Positions 53,430 to 63,679 of a stretch of 64,000 nucleotides of DNA are shown piece by piece; within the stretch, counting starts at the first letter, position 1; every line of letters begins with the position of its first letter. Below the pieces are notes generated by a model that did not search any database, was not told the origin of the DNA, and saw only the letters and a list, made by a program, of their open reading frames with translations. A program made the position numbers and the translations under genes. The DNA comes from a virus. The stretch is from positions 1 to 64,000 of the IMG/VR virus record IMGVR_UViG_3300029319_009270; one strand, 5' to 3'.

Positions 53430-54323
53430 TTATTCAATATGACCTGTACCAATCACTTCCCACAGCATATGAGACTGCAAAGTACCACCAAGTTCAGGAG
53501 AAACTACTGAATTCATTCTATGCCGTATCAGATGAACAGCAGTCAAACTTCCTGGCGAAAATGATTGTAAATAGGTCGGTGGAATAAAAATTGAACCAGA
53601 ATCATTCTCCAAACAAGAAACAGCCCCTAAGAATCTGCTTCCATCAGGACTATATACAGCAACGATTACTTCAAATTGAGTATTAGCCACAACAGGACTC
53701 CATGTGAAAGTTGTTCCTGATCTATAGATTGGAGCTTCAAATGCATAACTAGGATCAACCCACAATAACGTGTAGGGTTCAATCCAATCAAAGCCTTCAA
53801 CAGTTAAGAATGCATCTTGTATTATAATATTATCAATAGCAATAGAATGTTGTGTTAACCTTTCATACTGATATTCATATAATCCTGAAACTTGCCATTC
53901 GTTTAGACCAACTGAGTAAAGTTGTATTGGTTGACCTAATCCTTTAAACGAAGGGTTTCCGTTGTAATTTGCAGGTTGTGAGCTAACAAAGGTATCGTAT
54001 ATATTAGTAGTACAACCATCGATATACTGTAAATGTTCAAAATAGTCACCCGATGTCGGGTAATGTAATTTCAGATATGCTTGAATGTCAAACTCGCTAG
54101 AAACTCCAACGCAAGCAGGACATGCTATCTGCTTGAAATGGTATCGGGCAAGACCAACAACATTTGTTAAGTCTGGTGATATATCATCATTTCCATCTAA
54201 TACATTGCTTGTATTACTTGTGTCTACTACTATTGATGAATTAGTATCTTTGTCATCATAAACTTTAATAATCGATATATCACCAGAACAGGCCATTAGT
54301 AAAGTTAAAATTGTTAAAAACAT
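53430..54323 (-). CDS. Lipoprotein
   Basis: MFLTILTLLMAC lipobox; D/T/S-rich linker; ACPAC. Confidence 0.7.
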   Translation of the reverse strand: MFLTILTLLMACSGDISIIKVYDDKDTNSSIVVDTSNTSNVLDGNDDISPDLTNVVGLARYHFKQIACPACVGVSSEFDIQAYLKLHYPTSGDYFEHLQYIDGCTTNIYDTFVSSQPANYNGNPSFKGLGQPIQLYSVGLNEWQVSGLYEYQYERLTQHSIAIDNIIIQDAFLTVEGFDWIEPYTLLWVDPSYAFEAPIYRSGTTFTWSPVVANTQFEVIVAVYSPDGSRFLGAVSCLENDSGSIFIPPTYLQSFSPGSLTAVHLIRHRMNSVVSPELGGTLQSHMLWEVIGTGHIE

Positions 54324-54347
54324 ATCATGCTATCCTTTAAGAGAATA

Positions 54348-54548
54348 TTATGATATTTTTATTGATTGTAAAAGTAATTTCTTGTCGACCTTGATCTGCT
54401 CGTGCCCCAACCACGGTCTAGGCAATAATATCCAATAACAATCATGAGTTTCTGCAAAACAATATATACTCGAACCACTGCTAAGATTACAAAATGGTTT
54501 AATAACCAAATGAACTCTATTTAAAATTTTATTTTCAAGTAATCCCAC
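54348..54548 (-). CDS. Hypothetical protein
   Basis: ATACTTA motif at 54557-54563. Confidence 0.45.
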   Translation of the reverse strand: MGLLENKILNRVHLVIKPFCNLSSGSSIYCFAETHDCYWILLPRPWLGHEQIKVDKKLLLQSIKIS

Positions 54549-54566
54549 GACATAAATAAGTATATT

Positions 54567-54854
54567 CTAATTTAACTTTTTTAAATAATTAGAAAACTCT
54601 TCACGTCGTTCTCCTCGTACAAGTATTACAAAACACTTATCTTGTATGTCATCAAAGATATAACCTAAGTCTTTTAAAACTATACCTATTTGCTTTTGAT
54701 TGTCGCAAGAATACATTTGACTTGGTATCCTAATAAAAGACCCTAAGTCATCAATCATGACCAAGTCTCCGACACTTATAGCTTTTGTATTATCTTTAGA
54801 TTCTTGCACCACTGTCTCCTTTGAGATCCATCTTGATACTCTATAAGATAGCAA
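54567..54854 (-). CDS. Small KOW/SH3-like protein (true start probably near 54810)
   Basis: ISVGDLVMI...IGIVL. Confidence 0.5.
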   Translation of the reverse strand: MLSYRVSRWISKETVVQESKDNTKAISVGDLVMIDDLGSFIRIPSQMYSCDNQKQIGIVLKDLGYIFDDIQDKCFVILVRGERREEFSNYLKKLN

Positions 54855-54958
54855 TAACTACCCCACGCTTTATTTGTTACTTTAATAACAATACCGTAAA
54901 GATCTTCTTTTTTATCATAAACTAACTCACCGACAGAAGGCTTCAAAATATTCTTCAT
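54776..54958 (-). CDS. Small KOW/SH3-like protein
   Basis: PSVGELVYD...YGIVIKV...YLIEY.DG. Confidence 0.55.
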   Translation of the reverse strand: MKNILKPSVGELVYDKKEDLYGIVIKVTNKAWGSYCYLIEYQDGSQRRQWCKNLKIIQKL

Positions 54959-55176
54959 GCTAATTCTAGATCCGCTTCCCAGTATTGATACTTTTCAATT
55001 TTATTTGTTTGAATATTTTTTACAACGTAACTGGCAATAAAAGTCGGTGACTTTTGGCATTTAACAATTTCAAAATGGATGTGTTCATCCAAAACGATTT
55101 TTTCCAAATAACATTTAAATTTATCTAATCTAAATATTTGATTTGATTTTACAATATCACCAACCTTATACTTCAT
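54955..55176 (-). CDS. Small KOW/SH3-like protein
   Basis: YKVGDIVKS...WEADLEL. Confidence 0.55.
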   Translation of the reverse strand: MKYKVGDIVKSNQIFRLDKFKCYLEKIVLDEHIHFEIVKCQKSPTFIASYVVKNIQTNKIEKYQYWEADLELA

Positions 55177-55179
55177 AAC

Positions 55180-55368
55180 TTACTTCCTTGATTTGTCGTT
55201 AATTTGCTTGCTAAGAATATCCTTTAAAATGCTCATTTCTTTAATCGATATATCGATTTGTTTTCTAACAGCTGTCCCTTCTTCATAAAGGTATTTTTTG
55301 TAATTTAAATCTTTCAACATCTTATTGATCATTAAATAGATTCCAGAGTCTGTATCCCTAACAATCAT
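55180..55368 (-). CDS. Hypothetical protein
   Basis: AGGAGGT SD. Confidence 0.5.
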   Translation of the reverse strand: MIVRDTDSGIYLMINKMLKDLNYKKYLYEEGTAVRKQIDISIKEMSILKDILSKQINDKSRK

Positions 55369-55376
55369 TATACCTC

Positions 55377-56462
55377 CTAAACAAATACAGAGTTAAACTG
55401 TTGTGTGCATCTAACGAATGTAGCACATTTGCTCAACTGTTTTAAGGTGGGCGCTCCTACGTAAGTACAAGTAGATCTAACCCCACCTAAAATATCTTTG
55501 ATTGTATTTTTGACTTTTCCTTTATAGGGTATTTCTACTGTCCGACCTTCAGAAGATCGGTATTCTGCCACGCCGCCTGAATGTTTTTGCATTGCAGTAT
55601 CAGAGCTCATACCGTAAAACTGTATGTAGTGTTTTTCTTCATAAACTGGACCTAGCTTATCACCATAAATAGAAAGCTCTATCTCACCTGTTTTAAAACA
55701 CTTAGTTATAATTTCACCACCCCCTTCGTCATGACCGGCCAACATTCCGCCTAACATTACAAAGTCAGCACCGGCTGCAAATGCTTTGGCCACGTCTCCC
55801 GGGCAAGTGCATCCACCATCTGCGATGATATGACCGCCTAAACCGTGCGCTGCATCAGCACATTCAATAACAGCTGAAAGCTGTGGGTATCCAACGCCAG
55901 TTTGAATTCTTGTAGTGCATACAGAACCCGGGCCAATACCAACCTTAACAACATCTGCTCCTGCGAGAATAAGCTCTTGTGTCATGTCTGCAGTGACAAC
56001 ATTACCAGCAATGATGTTGCAATGAGGAAAATCACTTCTGACTAGTTTAACAAAATCAGTAAAGTGTTCTGAGTATCCATTCGCTATATCAATACAAATC
56101 CAACTTAGATTACACGTTGAAATTATTTCTTTTGCTTTCTTGTACTCTTCTACGTTTGTGCCCACACTAATAGCAAGATGATCTGTGTCTATTTGTCCGA
56201 ACTGACCATACCAGTCCTCAGGTGTATTTTGCTTTGTTATGCAGGTAAACATCTCACATAACGCTAGCTCGTGTGCTATATTAAACGTGCCTACCCCGTC
56301 CATGTTCGCAGCCATAATTGGGATCCCAGTCCAGAATTTGCCGCTGTTTCTAAACGTATACTTTCGACGCAAGTCGACTTCTTTCCTAGATCGGAGGATA
56401 CTGCGTTTTGGACGAATTAGTACATCTTTATAATCTAATTTTATTTCTTGTTCAATTCTCAC
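55377..56462 (-). CDS. guaC: GMP reductase (E. coli type)
   Basis: [55 protein letters not shown]. Confidence 0.95.
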   Translation of the reverse strand: MRIEQEIKLDYKDVLIRPKRSILRSRKEVDLRRKYTFRNSGKFWTGIPIMAANMDGVGTFNIAHELALCEMFTCITKQNTPEDWYGQFGQIDTDHLAISVGTNVEEYKKAKEIISTCNLSWICIDIANGYSEHFTDFVKLVRSDFPHCNIIAGNVVTADMTQELILAGADVVKVGIGPGSVCTTRIQTGVGYPQLSAVIECADAAHGLGGHIIADGGCTCPGDVAKAFAAGADFVMLGGMLAGHDEGGGEIITKCFKTGEIELSIYGDKLGPVYEEKHYIQFYGMSSDTAMQKHSGGVAEYRSSEGRTVEIPYKGKVKNTIKDILGGVRSTCTYVGAPTLKQLSKCATFVRCTQQFNSVFV

Positions 56463-56473
56463 AATTTTTCTCC

Positions 56474-56812
56474 TTAATTTTTTTCAACAATTGCTTTCAA
56501 TGGAAAACCAGACTGTCTAGCATAATCAATGACTTGAGCAGATTTTGTATCAGCAATCTCTTTGCTGAAAGGGCCGCCTGCTATACCCTTCCCTTTTTCA
56601 TGAACAGAGCTAGCTATATTCCACGCTGTATCAACATCTTTATAAAAAAAAGTAATTAACACTATAACAACAAATTGAAAATGTGTATAGTCATCATTTA
56701 ACAAGACAACGTTGTATTTACTAGGTTTTACTACTTTATTCTTTTCTTTTTGTCTATCAAGTAGATCTACACCGCTATCACAATCTTTGCTTTCTTTCTT
56801 TTTTTGAGTCAT
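56474..56812 (-). CDS. clpS: ClpS N-degron adaptor
   Basis: [27 protein letters not shown]; promoter TTGAAA-N17-TATACT (56829-56857). Confidence 0.9.
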   Translation of the reverse strand: MTQKKKESKDCDSGVDLLDRQKEKNKVVKPSKYNVVLLNDDYTHFQFVVIVLITFFYKDVDTAWNIASSVHEKGKGIAGGPFSKEIADTKSAQVIDYARQSGFPLKAIVEKN

Positions 56813-56866
56813 TGTTGCCTTTTATAAAAGTATAACAAACTTCTTAAGTATTTTCAAATTATTTTT

Positions 56867-58399
56867 TTAATCTTCTGTATACAAATAACCAAAGTATAAA
56901 GCTTGTTTTAAAAGATCAAATATCCCAGGTGGTAAATGATCTACGAAATAAAACAATGATCCTTTATACTCTCCTACAAAAGCTTTTTCTGGGCTTGGTG
57001 GTATACTGGGTGGGACAGCATCCCTTTCCAACGGATAATCGTGCTCCACAACTCCGAAGAATGGGATTAGTGTATCCTCGACTGGCGAATCTGCTTTCTC
57101 TCCGCCGTATGCGGTCATGTCAATCCAATACATAAATCTATCAACATCGTCTAACCACGGAGCAAAATCTACTGAAACTTGCCATAAAAAGTTTTTCTCA
57201 CTTTTTTCATTTTTAAAAAGTTCAGGATTTATTTTTCTGTATATCACAGGTGCGCCGTCTAAGTATTTTTTTATTAAATTATTCTGAGATAACATAATAA
57301 CTTCGCCTTGAGGACCGTAGTAAGGCTTTTCATAGCTACCTTCATTTTCTTCTACTCTGACGTTGCTTTTTTTATTTACATCTATTACGTCTAGTGCTCT
57401 TCCTCGGTCCTTTAAGTCTTTCATTATCTTTTTAATTTGTTCTGATCCAAAAAACTCATACCCAGGATACATGGCGGGTATCACCTTGAATTTAGTTAAA
57501 TTTTTGAATAAGTGTCCTGGGCCAACCATCATAGTTCGACCTATCATTTCTTTTTCACCGGTCAGCGTCTTTATCACTAGATCCTCTTTGCTCTCGCCTC
57601 GCATACTGGCTAAATCACCAGTGATATCTTTGTTTTCTAAATCAACAACAGGAACATTAATGTTAATTAGGGTATTGGCAATATCACCTACTATTGTCTG
57701 AATTGAATTCCCTTCTCTGTCGGCACCAAGTTTATTGATATCTTTTAACAGCCAACTTGTATCAATAATTACTTTTTTGACTTTTGGATTGATCATGATA
57801 AACTCATTGGATGAAAGCCTGTCGGATGGCAAGCCATACGTGTCAGGGCCTAGTATCATATATTTAATGTAGTCAGCTGGATCATCGCTTATCCCGCCCT
57901 GTAACTTGCCAGGCATTTTGGTTTGAAATATTCCACCCCTCTCAGTTTCTGCGTCTCTATCAAATGCCAAAGCAACAGGTCCATCTAAGACTAAACCAAT
58001 CTTTCCGATCAATGTTGATCCTTTTTGTGCTTGAAAATTCATATAACCGACTGATGATACTGCACCAGATATTTTTAGCTGTGACTTGTTAGACCATTTC
58101 TTAAAATCATTTAATAGCGTTACGACACTGCCTTCGTAAAGATTGAACCAATGAATGATTTCAAGATTGTTTGAATTCAAAAAAGAACGATCAGCACATG
58201 TATCGAAAGCTTTATAGTACGCAGTCTGTTCTTCTTGACCTAAGTTTTGAAATTGTTTAAAGTGGCCACTGACACAATCATAAGATGGTTCAACAGTAAC
58301 ACTTGAGTTAGTTGAATTAACAACCTCAATATTTTCTTCATCTTGTTCTCTTAAAACATCTCTAATTATTTTTCGAACAGTCGTTTTGTTTATAAACAT
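56867..58399 (-). CDS. Leader-tagged protein, possible ADP-ribosyltransferase-like domain
   Basis: MFINKTTVRKIIRDVLRE; IIHW...VSS...SNE; ATAATTA at 58416-58422. Confidence 0.55.
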   Translation of the reverse strand: MFINKTTVRKIIRDVLREQDEENIEVVNSTNSSVTVEPSYDCVSGHFKQFQNLGQEEQTAYYKAFDTCADRSFLNSNNLEIIHWFNLYEGSVVTLLNDFKKWSNKSQLKISGAVSSVGYMNFQAQKGSTLIGKIGLVLDGPVALAFDRDAETERGGIFQTKMPGKLQGGISDDPADYIKYMILGPDTYGLPSDRLSSNEFIMINPKVKKVIIDTSWLLKDINKLGADREGNSIQTIVGDIANTLININVPVVDLENKDITGDLASMRGESKEDLVIKTLTGEKEMIGRTMMVGPGHLFKNLTKFKVIPAMYPGYEFFGSEQIKKIMKDLKDRGRALDVIDVNKKSNVRVEENEGSYEKPYYGPQGEVIMLSQNNLIKKYLDGAPVIYRKINPELFKNEKSEKNFLWQVSVDFAPWLDDVDRFMYWIDMTAYGGEKADSPVEDTLIPFFGVVEHDYPLERDAVPPSIPPSPEKAFVGEYKGSLFYFVDHLPPGIFDLLKQALYFGYLYTED

Positions 58400-58432
58400 A
58401 ATTTATTCCTCACAATAATTATGTTATGTAAA

Positions 58433-59410
58433 CTAATAATACTGTGTCAAATCTATATTTTTACCTTTTGCTTCTTCAAGATATCTTAAAGGATTGTAAT
58501 TGTCTGTTTTTGTTATGCTTTCAAAAGACATTCTAATACCTGTTTGTAGATCAATCTTTGGTGACCACCCAGATACATTTCTAAACTTCCAAGATGATAG
58601 CATATGATTACCAAGGTAGTCTGTTTTAGAGTGCCATCTGATTACATTCTCAAGGTCTAGATCAGTAACTTGTTGAATCAACTTTACAATCTCACCTGTC
58701 ATCAAAGGAGTTTCAGCTGCAACATTCCAATCCTGGTACCAAAGATTTTGATTTATTGCTGTTAAAACTGCATCGCAATAATCGTTGACATGCATGTAGT
58801 CTTTAATTTTTGAAGGATCCAGGAACATATCAATCTGTGTCTTTCCGTTAATAGCACCATAGATTGATTTTGCAATAAGAGAATTCATATCTCCAATTCC
58901 TCCATAAGCGAATAGAGGTCGAACAATCATCCATTTTTCAACTTGACTTTTAATAATGTCCTCTGCACAGAGTTTTTGACAGCCATATAAAGTGTGTGGG
59001 CCTCTATCTGATCTTTCTTCAATTTGCTTGCTTTGGTAGTTCTTTGTATCATATATCACTGTCGTACCCATGTAGCAGACAGGTATGTCTAGCTTTCTTG
59101 CAGCCCGGCAAATTGTATACGTACCTTCAACGTTGGTTAAGGTAGATTCTTTAGCATTAAGTGCTACAACGTCTGTACCGACAACTGCAGCATTATGTAT
59201 TATAACATCAATTTTTTCACTTTTGAAAAAGTTTACCCAATGATCAATTGAATTTCCATGAACACAAGGTTCTTTTTTCTCGGACCATTTTGTAAAATAA
59301 TTATCATATTTTGACACGCCTTCATTGACAACTTCTATATCAAATAACTTAGATCTGGCTATTAGATTTCGGCCGATGAAGCCTTTTTCTCCGGTGATGA
59401 ATAATTTCAT
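58433..59410 (-). CDS. NAD-dependent epimerase/dehydratase (extended SDR)
   Basis: TGEKGFIG, HNAA, YGCQK; promoter ATGTAA-N17-TATAAT (59431-59459). Confidence 0.85.
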   Translation of the reverse strand: MKLFITGEKGFIGRNLIARSKLFDIEVVNEGVSKYDNYFTKWSEKKEPCVHGNSIDHWVNFFKSEKIDVIIHNAAVVGTDVVALNAKESTLTNVEGTYTICRAARKLDIPVCYMGTTVIYDTKNYQSKQIEERSDRGPHTLYGCQKLCAEDIIKSQVEKWMIVRPLFAYGGIGDMNSLIAKSIYGAINGKTQIDMFLDPSKIKDYMHVNDYCDAVLTAINQNLWYQDWNVAAETPLMTGEIVKLIQQVTDLDLENVIRWHSKTDYLGNHMLSSWKFRNVSGWSPKIDLQTGIRMSFESITKTDNYNPLRYLEEAKGKNIDLTQYY

Positions 59411-59453
59411 TTTTTACTCCTTTTTGATATATTATACAAAGCATTATTGAATA

Positions 59454-59900
59454 TTACATATGTGTATGATAACTTTTGTGACGCTCATACATAATATCAG
59501 TTTTTACATGATAGTGATCAATACCTAATGCATGCCCTGTTTCATGAACAACAACTTCATAATCAGTCACACCTTCGTGTGAAAGCTTTATGACTGCATT
59601 ATCTAAATACCGATAAGTCCAATTGAGTTCAGTGTGTCCGTAAGTACGTACTGTATCAATAGTATCATCAGCAGGTGCAAATTTAATAACATACTTTTCT
59701 GGTTTGCCATCACAATGTGTTCTTGTAGAAATTTCACCAAATTCATGACCTCTTGATTTCCAATATTCGATAGCATCTTGAACGTACTCAATTTTAATAT
59801 TAGAATTTTCACAATAAACAACATCGGGTGCTACACGCCAGGTTGCAAAGTATTCATAGTCTGCAGCAAATGTTGAAGCAATCAAAGCTAGTAGAAACAT
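59454..59900 (-). CDS. Secreted matrixin-like zinc metalloprotease (paralogue of 8427..8936)
   Basis: Signal MFLLALIASTFA; AIEYW...G; HETGHALGIDH...IM. Confidence 0.75.
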   Translation of the reverse strand: MFLLALIASTFAADYEYFATWRVAPDVVYCENSNIKIEYVQDAIEYWKSRGHEFGEISTRTHCDGKPEKYVIKFAPADDTIDTVRTYGHTELNWTYRYLDNAVIKLSHEGVTDYEVVVHETGHALGIDHYHVKTDIMYERHKSYHTHM

Positions 59901-59937
59901 AAAAACTCCTTTTATTTTTATTATAAAAGGAGTTTTT
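59901..59937. promoter_or_regulatory. 15 bp perfect inverted repeat overlapping the SD and -10 box of the protease gene
   Basis: AAAAACTCCTTTTAT-N7-ATAAAAGGAGTTTTT. Confidence 0.7.
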
Positions 59938-59963
59938 TAAATTTGCACGTGTTTTAAATAAAT

Positions 59964-60929
59964 TTAATATCTTCCATGATATCTTCGTCGATACAAACTA
60001 CCTCGACTAAGACCTTCATTAATATCTGTATCGGGTCCTACCATACCACTGGGTGTCTCCGGTTGTCCAGAGGGTGGTACATCTCGAGATGTAACAGACT
60101 CAGGGTTTGACTTGAATTCAATATCATCATCTTTTGTACTAGCAACTTTTGCAGAACCTGACGCGGATGGAATCAATTTACTAGCATAAGTTATAGCTCC
60201 AGCGTCTAACAACATCTGAAGAACCCCGTCGTGAAGCATAGAAGCAGCCGTAGTTGTACCGCATTCTGAACTGAAGACGCGCAGATATCCTCTCTGTTGA
60301 CTGACAAAACTACCTTCGCGCTGGGACGCTCGAACTCTTTCGCCTATCGAAACCAATGCATTTTTATCACCATCTAAAGTGGCAATTGCTGATGCTGCTA
60401 AAACCTCTTTATATTCACCTGCAGCTTCAGGATAAACATCACAATAAAGTTCTGAATCCTCGATAAATTCTAAGATTGCATTTATTGGCGGTTCAGGTTC
60501 AGGTTCTTTAACTTGTGGTTTGAAAGTTTTTCCAACGGACTTACTTACGGGTCCTGAAATTATTCTATAACGATCACCCACTTTTGCATAAGTGTACGGG
60601 TCTCCTCTTCCACTGATACCATAATCAGATCCCGCCTTTCCGAATTCAGGTTTAACGCCTATCTCAGGTGCCCAATATAAATCCCAGTCTAACCAAACGA
60701 AATAATCGCCTTTTGGAACAGGGATATTCATTCTTTTAAGAATTTCAGCAGCTTCGGAAGCGGGAACTTTTACTGCTTTTGGATTGTCTGCTGCTTTCGC
60801 TTTGTCTAAGATGTCTCCTTCTCGAGGATCTAAGTTTTTACCCTTAGGATCAGCGTCAGGTATAGCATGTTCTTCTTCATTTAATAGTGATTCTATCAAT
60901 AAATTCAAATTTCTTTTAGTGATTCTCAT
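59964..60929 (-). CDS. Leader-tagged protein with a basic C-terminal peptide
   Basis: MRITKRNLNLLIESLLNEE; C-terminus INEGLSRGSLYRRRYHGRY; ATACTTA at 60962-60968. Confidence 0.7.
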   Translation of the reverse strand: MRITKRNLNLLIESLLNEEEHAIPDADPKGKNLDPREGDILDKAKAADNPKAVKVPASEAAEILKRMNIPVPKGDYFVWLDWDLYWAPEIGVKPEFGKAGSDYGISGRGDPYTYAKVGDRYRIISGPVSKSVGKTFKPQVKEPEPEPPINAILEFIEDSELYCDVYPEAAGEYKEVLAASAIATLDGDKNALVSIGERVRASQREGSFVSQQRGYLRVFSSECGTTTAASMLHDGVLQMLLDAGAITYASKLIPSASGSAKVASTKDDDIEFKSNPESVTSRDVPPSGQPETPSGMVGPDTDINEGLSRGSLYRRRYHGRY

Positions 60930-60980
60930 ATTAGTTAAACTCCCTGATATAAATCTATGTATAAGTATTAGTTAAACAAT

Positions 60981-61013
60981 AAAAAATCCCAACAATTGTT
61001 GGGATCCTTTTTT
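60981..61013. terminator. Probable bidirectional intrinsic terminator
   Basis: 20 bp palindrome ATCCCAACAATTGTTGGGAT flanked by A- and T-runs. Confidence 0.75.
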
Positions 61014-61029
61014 AATCGTGAAAAAAGAT

Positions 61030-61479
61030 TTATTCTATTTCACCTTCATATCTTAATTCAAGCAAACGTTCAGATGCAGTACAATCTTGCAAGTAAGCAT
61101 CTAATTGTTCCAACGAAGTGCATACTGCAATTCCCGATGCTGCTAACATGAGATTAAATTGTGCACCGGGTGGTAAACCATCGCAAAAATAAACAATTGG
61201 CTTTTCTAAACAATTCATATAACCTGCTTCAAAAATCGACCCCATATCTTTGTTTCTTGTATTGCATAGCATCCAGTCACATTCATGAAGATGCCTAATA
61301 TTTCCTGAAAATATTTGATCTTGTATAGACTCATTAGCATCATTATCACAAAGATTTTCATCCTTCGGTGAAAAATAAGAAATGCCGTGTTTTTCAAAAA
61401 CTGATTTAATATTTTCTACTTCTTCCAACCACTCAGGTGAAAACCACCCGCTTGCTAAATAAACTTTTCCTAAACTCAT
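61030..61479 (-). CDS. Nucleoside 2-deoxyribosyltransferase / nucleotide N-glycosidase family protein
   Basis: VYLASGWFS, FSPK, IF..N, DMGSIFEAGY, FNLML. Confidence 0.85.
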   Translation of the reverse strand: MSLGKVYLASGWFSPEWLEEVENIKSVFEKHGISYFSPKDENLCDNDANESIQDQIFSGNIRHLHECDWMLCNTRNKDMGSIFEAGYMNCLEKPIVYFCDGLPPGAQFNLMLAASGIAVCTSLEQLDAYLQDCTASERLLELRYEGEIE

Positions 61480-62468
61480 TATTCTCTCCCCATAAATTGA
61501 TTGTATTGATTTGTTAATTGATTAATCTCTTCTAATGTTTCTTCCCAAAGCTGTGTAAAAATTGTTGGTGTACCCGGGACATGATTTTTACCATTAATAT
61601 CCTCACGACGAGACTGATAAATTGTATCATTGGGATGATATTCAAACTTATCGTTCTTTGGTTCTGGCCAATATAGGTTTGTACCTCGTGATGTTTCGCC
61701 ACCTTTACCATCAGGTACGCGAAATGTTTTAATATAGTGCATATCTGGTTTATTAAAATTAATACGCGCGGTTGCTTCAGGCAGAACTTTGATTACTTCT
61801 CTTGCCATGTACGCGGCAAGTAAATTATCAGCTGCCGGTTGAATTTGCATGTCTTGACGTTGAGCGATAAAACCTAACAGATCTTTTAAGTTAAGACGCA
61901 TTAGATAAAATGAAGTCATGCACTTTGGTAAAATCATTCTTGCATCCATCATTGATACAATCTTGGAATCTGTCATGTCAGCATATAATTCCTTAGATTC
62001 GCGAACTAACTTTTTCCAGCGCCTATCAAACTCGGGTGTGTTTTGAACAGCTTCAGGAATTACTGCGGGATCATCCCTTAAGTCACGATCACCAGTACAC
62101 TGTGCGGCAAAACTACCAGCACGATGTCGTATGATGTGTGTAACCTCTTGAAATGATAAGCCACTTAACTTAAATGTAAACCCTAAACATTCCATAGGTG
62201 TTGGAAGTGCACGAAAACAAAGAACATCCTCGAGATTTGCAGACAGTTCTTTTAAACTAGCAGTAGCTGGATTTGTCTCATCGTGATGATCAGCCCATGT
62301 TGCTTTTACATATTGCCAAGCAACATTAAGCGCTTGAGATCTAGTTGGATGATCAACTAGTTCAACTTTCAAATGTGCAAGATTGTTATAAAATGCTGTG
62401 TTGGGTTCTTGACCAAACTTAAGTTCCATTGGCAGATCAACAGGTTTCAAATCATTATTCTGTGGCAT
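61479..62468 (-). CDS. Divergent ThyX-fold flavoprotein
   Basis: PME, THIIRHRAGSFAAQCTGDRD, DARMILP, QR...Q; promoter TTGTAA-N17-TATAAT (62501-62529). Confidence 0.75.
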   Translation of the reverse strand: MPQNNDLKPVDLPMELKFGQEPNTAFYNNLAHLKVELVDHPTRSQALNVAWQYVKATWADHHDETNPATASLKELSANLEDVLCFRALPTPMECLGFTFKLSGLSFQEVTHIIRHRAGSFAAQCTGDRDLRDDPAVIPEAVQNTPEFDRRWKKLVRESKELYADMTDSKIVSMMDARMILPKCMTSFYLMRLNLKDLLGFIAQRQDMQIQPAADNLLAAYMAREVIKVLPEATARINFNKPDMHYIKTFRVPDGKGGETSRGTNLYWPEPKNDKFEYHPNDTIYQSRREDINGKNHVPGTPTIFTQLWEETLEEINQLTNQYNQFMGRE

Positions 62469-62532
62469 GCAAAGCCTCCTTGTTTAAAGTTTACTTATTT
62501 ATTATAAATAAAAATACTAATCTTTACAACTT

Positions 62533-63453
62533 TTATTTTATTATTAACTTATTAGGATTCGTATAGACAAATGTATTATCACGACCATCAACTTCTAAAT
62601 TATAATTTTTTCTAGGATAATAACAAACTATTCCGTGCTTTGCATAATCCACAATATGTTTGGGAGCATCGTCAATTGCAGCAACTATTTTATCTTTATC
62701 ATAGTACTTTGACCTAGCACACCATCGAAATTTTTCTGTGCTAAAGTCAACTGCATCAAACGGAATACTGTTATTTTTTAGCCAATAAAACGTATCATAA
62801 AAACATTTTAAATTTTCTTTAGGTCTAGCTGTCAATAGCTGGATCCAGTAGCCTTGCTTTTTTAAATTATTTAGCATCTCAATCGATCCATCAACGACAT
62901 CTAAATTCCTAAACCCACCCTTATTAACAAATTCGTAAAATACAGCTTCAGGATTTAAATCTAATTTATTCAATGCAGTTATAAAATAGTATTCTTTACT
63001 ATAGACATCAATTTCTAAATTGTAATTTACACCTAGCCAATCTGCAAAACCTTGTCTAAATTCAGTCAAAACATCATCCATATCAACAATAACGACAGGT
63101 TGAGACCCATCCCAACTATCTTGTGTCTTGTGAAGAAAATTTAAATATGAATCTTTATCATAAAAAGCTTCAATAAAATTTTCACTAGATATTTGATTAA
63201 TATTAAGGATAGCTAAGATATATCGAAATATATCCACAGATTCATAGAGCATTTTTGTTTTGTCTACAGAATCTGTTTGTGCATGATGATCTTTAAAATC
63301 AACAGATTGCATTAGCTCACTAACTTCTGAATGTAAGCAAAGTGATAAAGTTTTTGTAATATCTACAATTTCTCTATCACTTAAGTTTTTTTCGCTTAGA
63401 TTATATAAGCTAGAATTGAATTTTGCTTGTAAATTGAACAGGTTTTTCAGCAT
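62533..63453 (-). CDS. All-alpha NTP pyrophosphatase (MazG/dUTPase-like) fused to a HAD 5'(3')-deoxyribonucleotidase
   Basis: EVSEL...K.H...ESVD; VDMDDVL, LTAR, IDD.P. Confidence 0.8.
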   Translation of the reverse strand: MLKNLFNLQAKFNSSLYNLSEKNLSDREIVDITKTLSLCLHSEVSELMQSVDFKDHHAQTDSVDKTKMLYESVDIFRYILAILNINQISSENFIEAFYDKDSYLNFLHKTQDSWDGSQPVVIVDMDDVLTEFRQGFADWLGVNYNLEIDVYSKEYYFITALNKLDLNPEAVFYEFVNKGGFRNLDVVDGSIEMLNNLKKQGYWIQLLTARPKENLKCFYDTFYWLKNNSIPFDAVDFSTEKFRWCARSKYYDKDKIVAAIDDAPKHIVDYAKHGIVCYYPRKNYNLEVDGRDNTFVYTNPNKLIIK

Positions 63454-63679
63454 TTTTGACCTCACTAATTTTGCCTCCTGCAATTGCAAAGGCGTCTGTT
63501 AAACAATCAGGCTCTATTTTTTCAAAAAATATTGAGCTATGATCTGATAAGCGAATAATTCCTGATAAAAAATCTTTATTTATATTTGTAATAATACACT
63601 GCAATTCATCCTTATTACAAAAACTAAAAGAATTAATTATTTTATCATTACTAGCAGTCAAAATTAGTTTGTGCATCAA
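63410..63679 (-). CDS. Hypothetical protein
   Basis: Operon packing. Confidence 0.45.
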   Translation of the reverse strand: MMHKLILTASNDKIINSFSFCNKDELQCIITNINKDFLSGIIRLSDHSSIFFEKIEPDCLTDAFAIAGGKISEVKNAEKPVQFTSKIQF

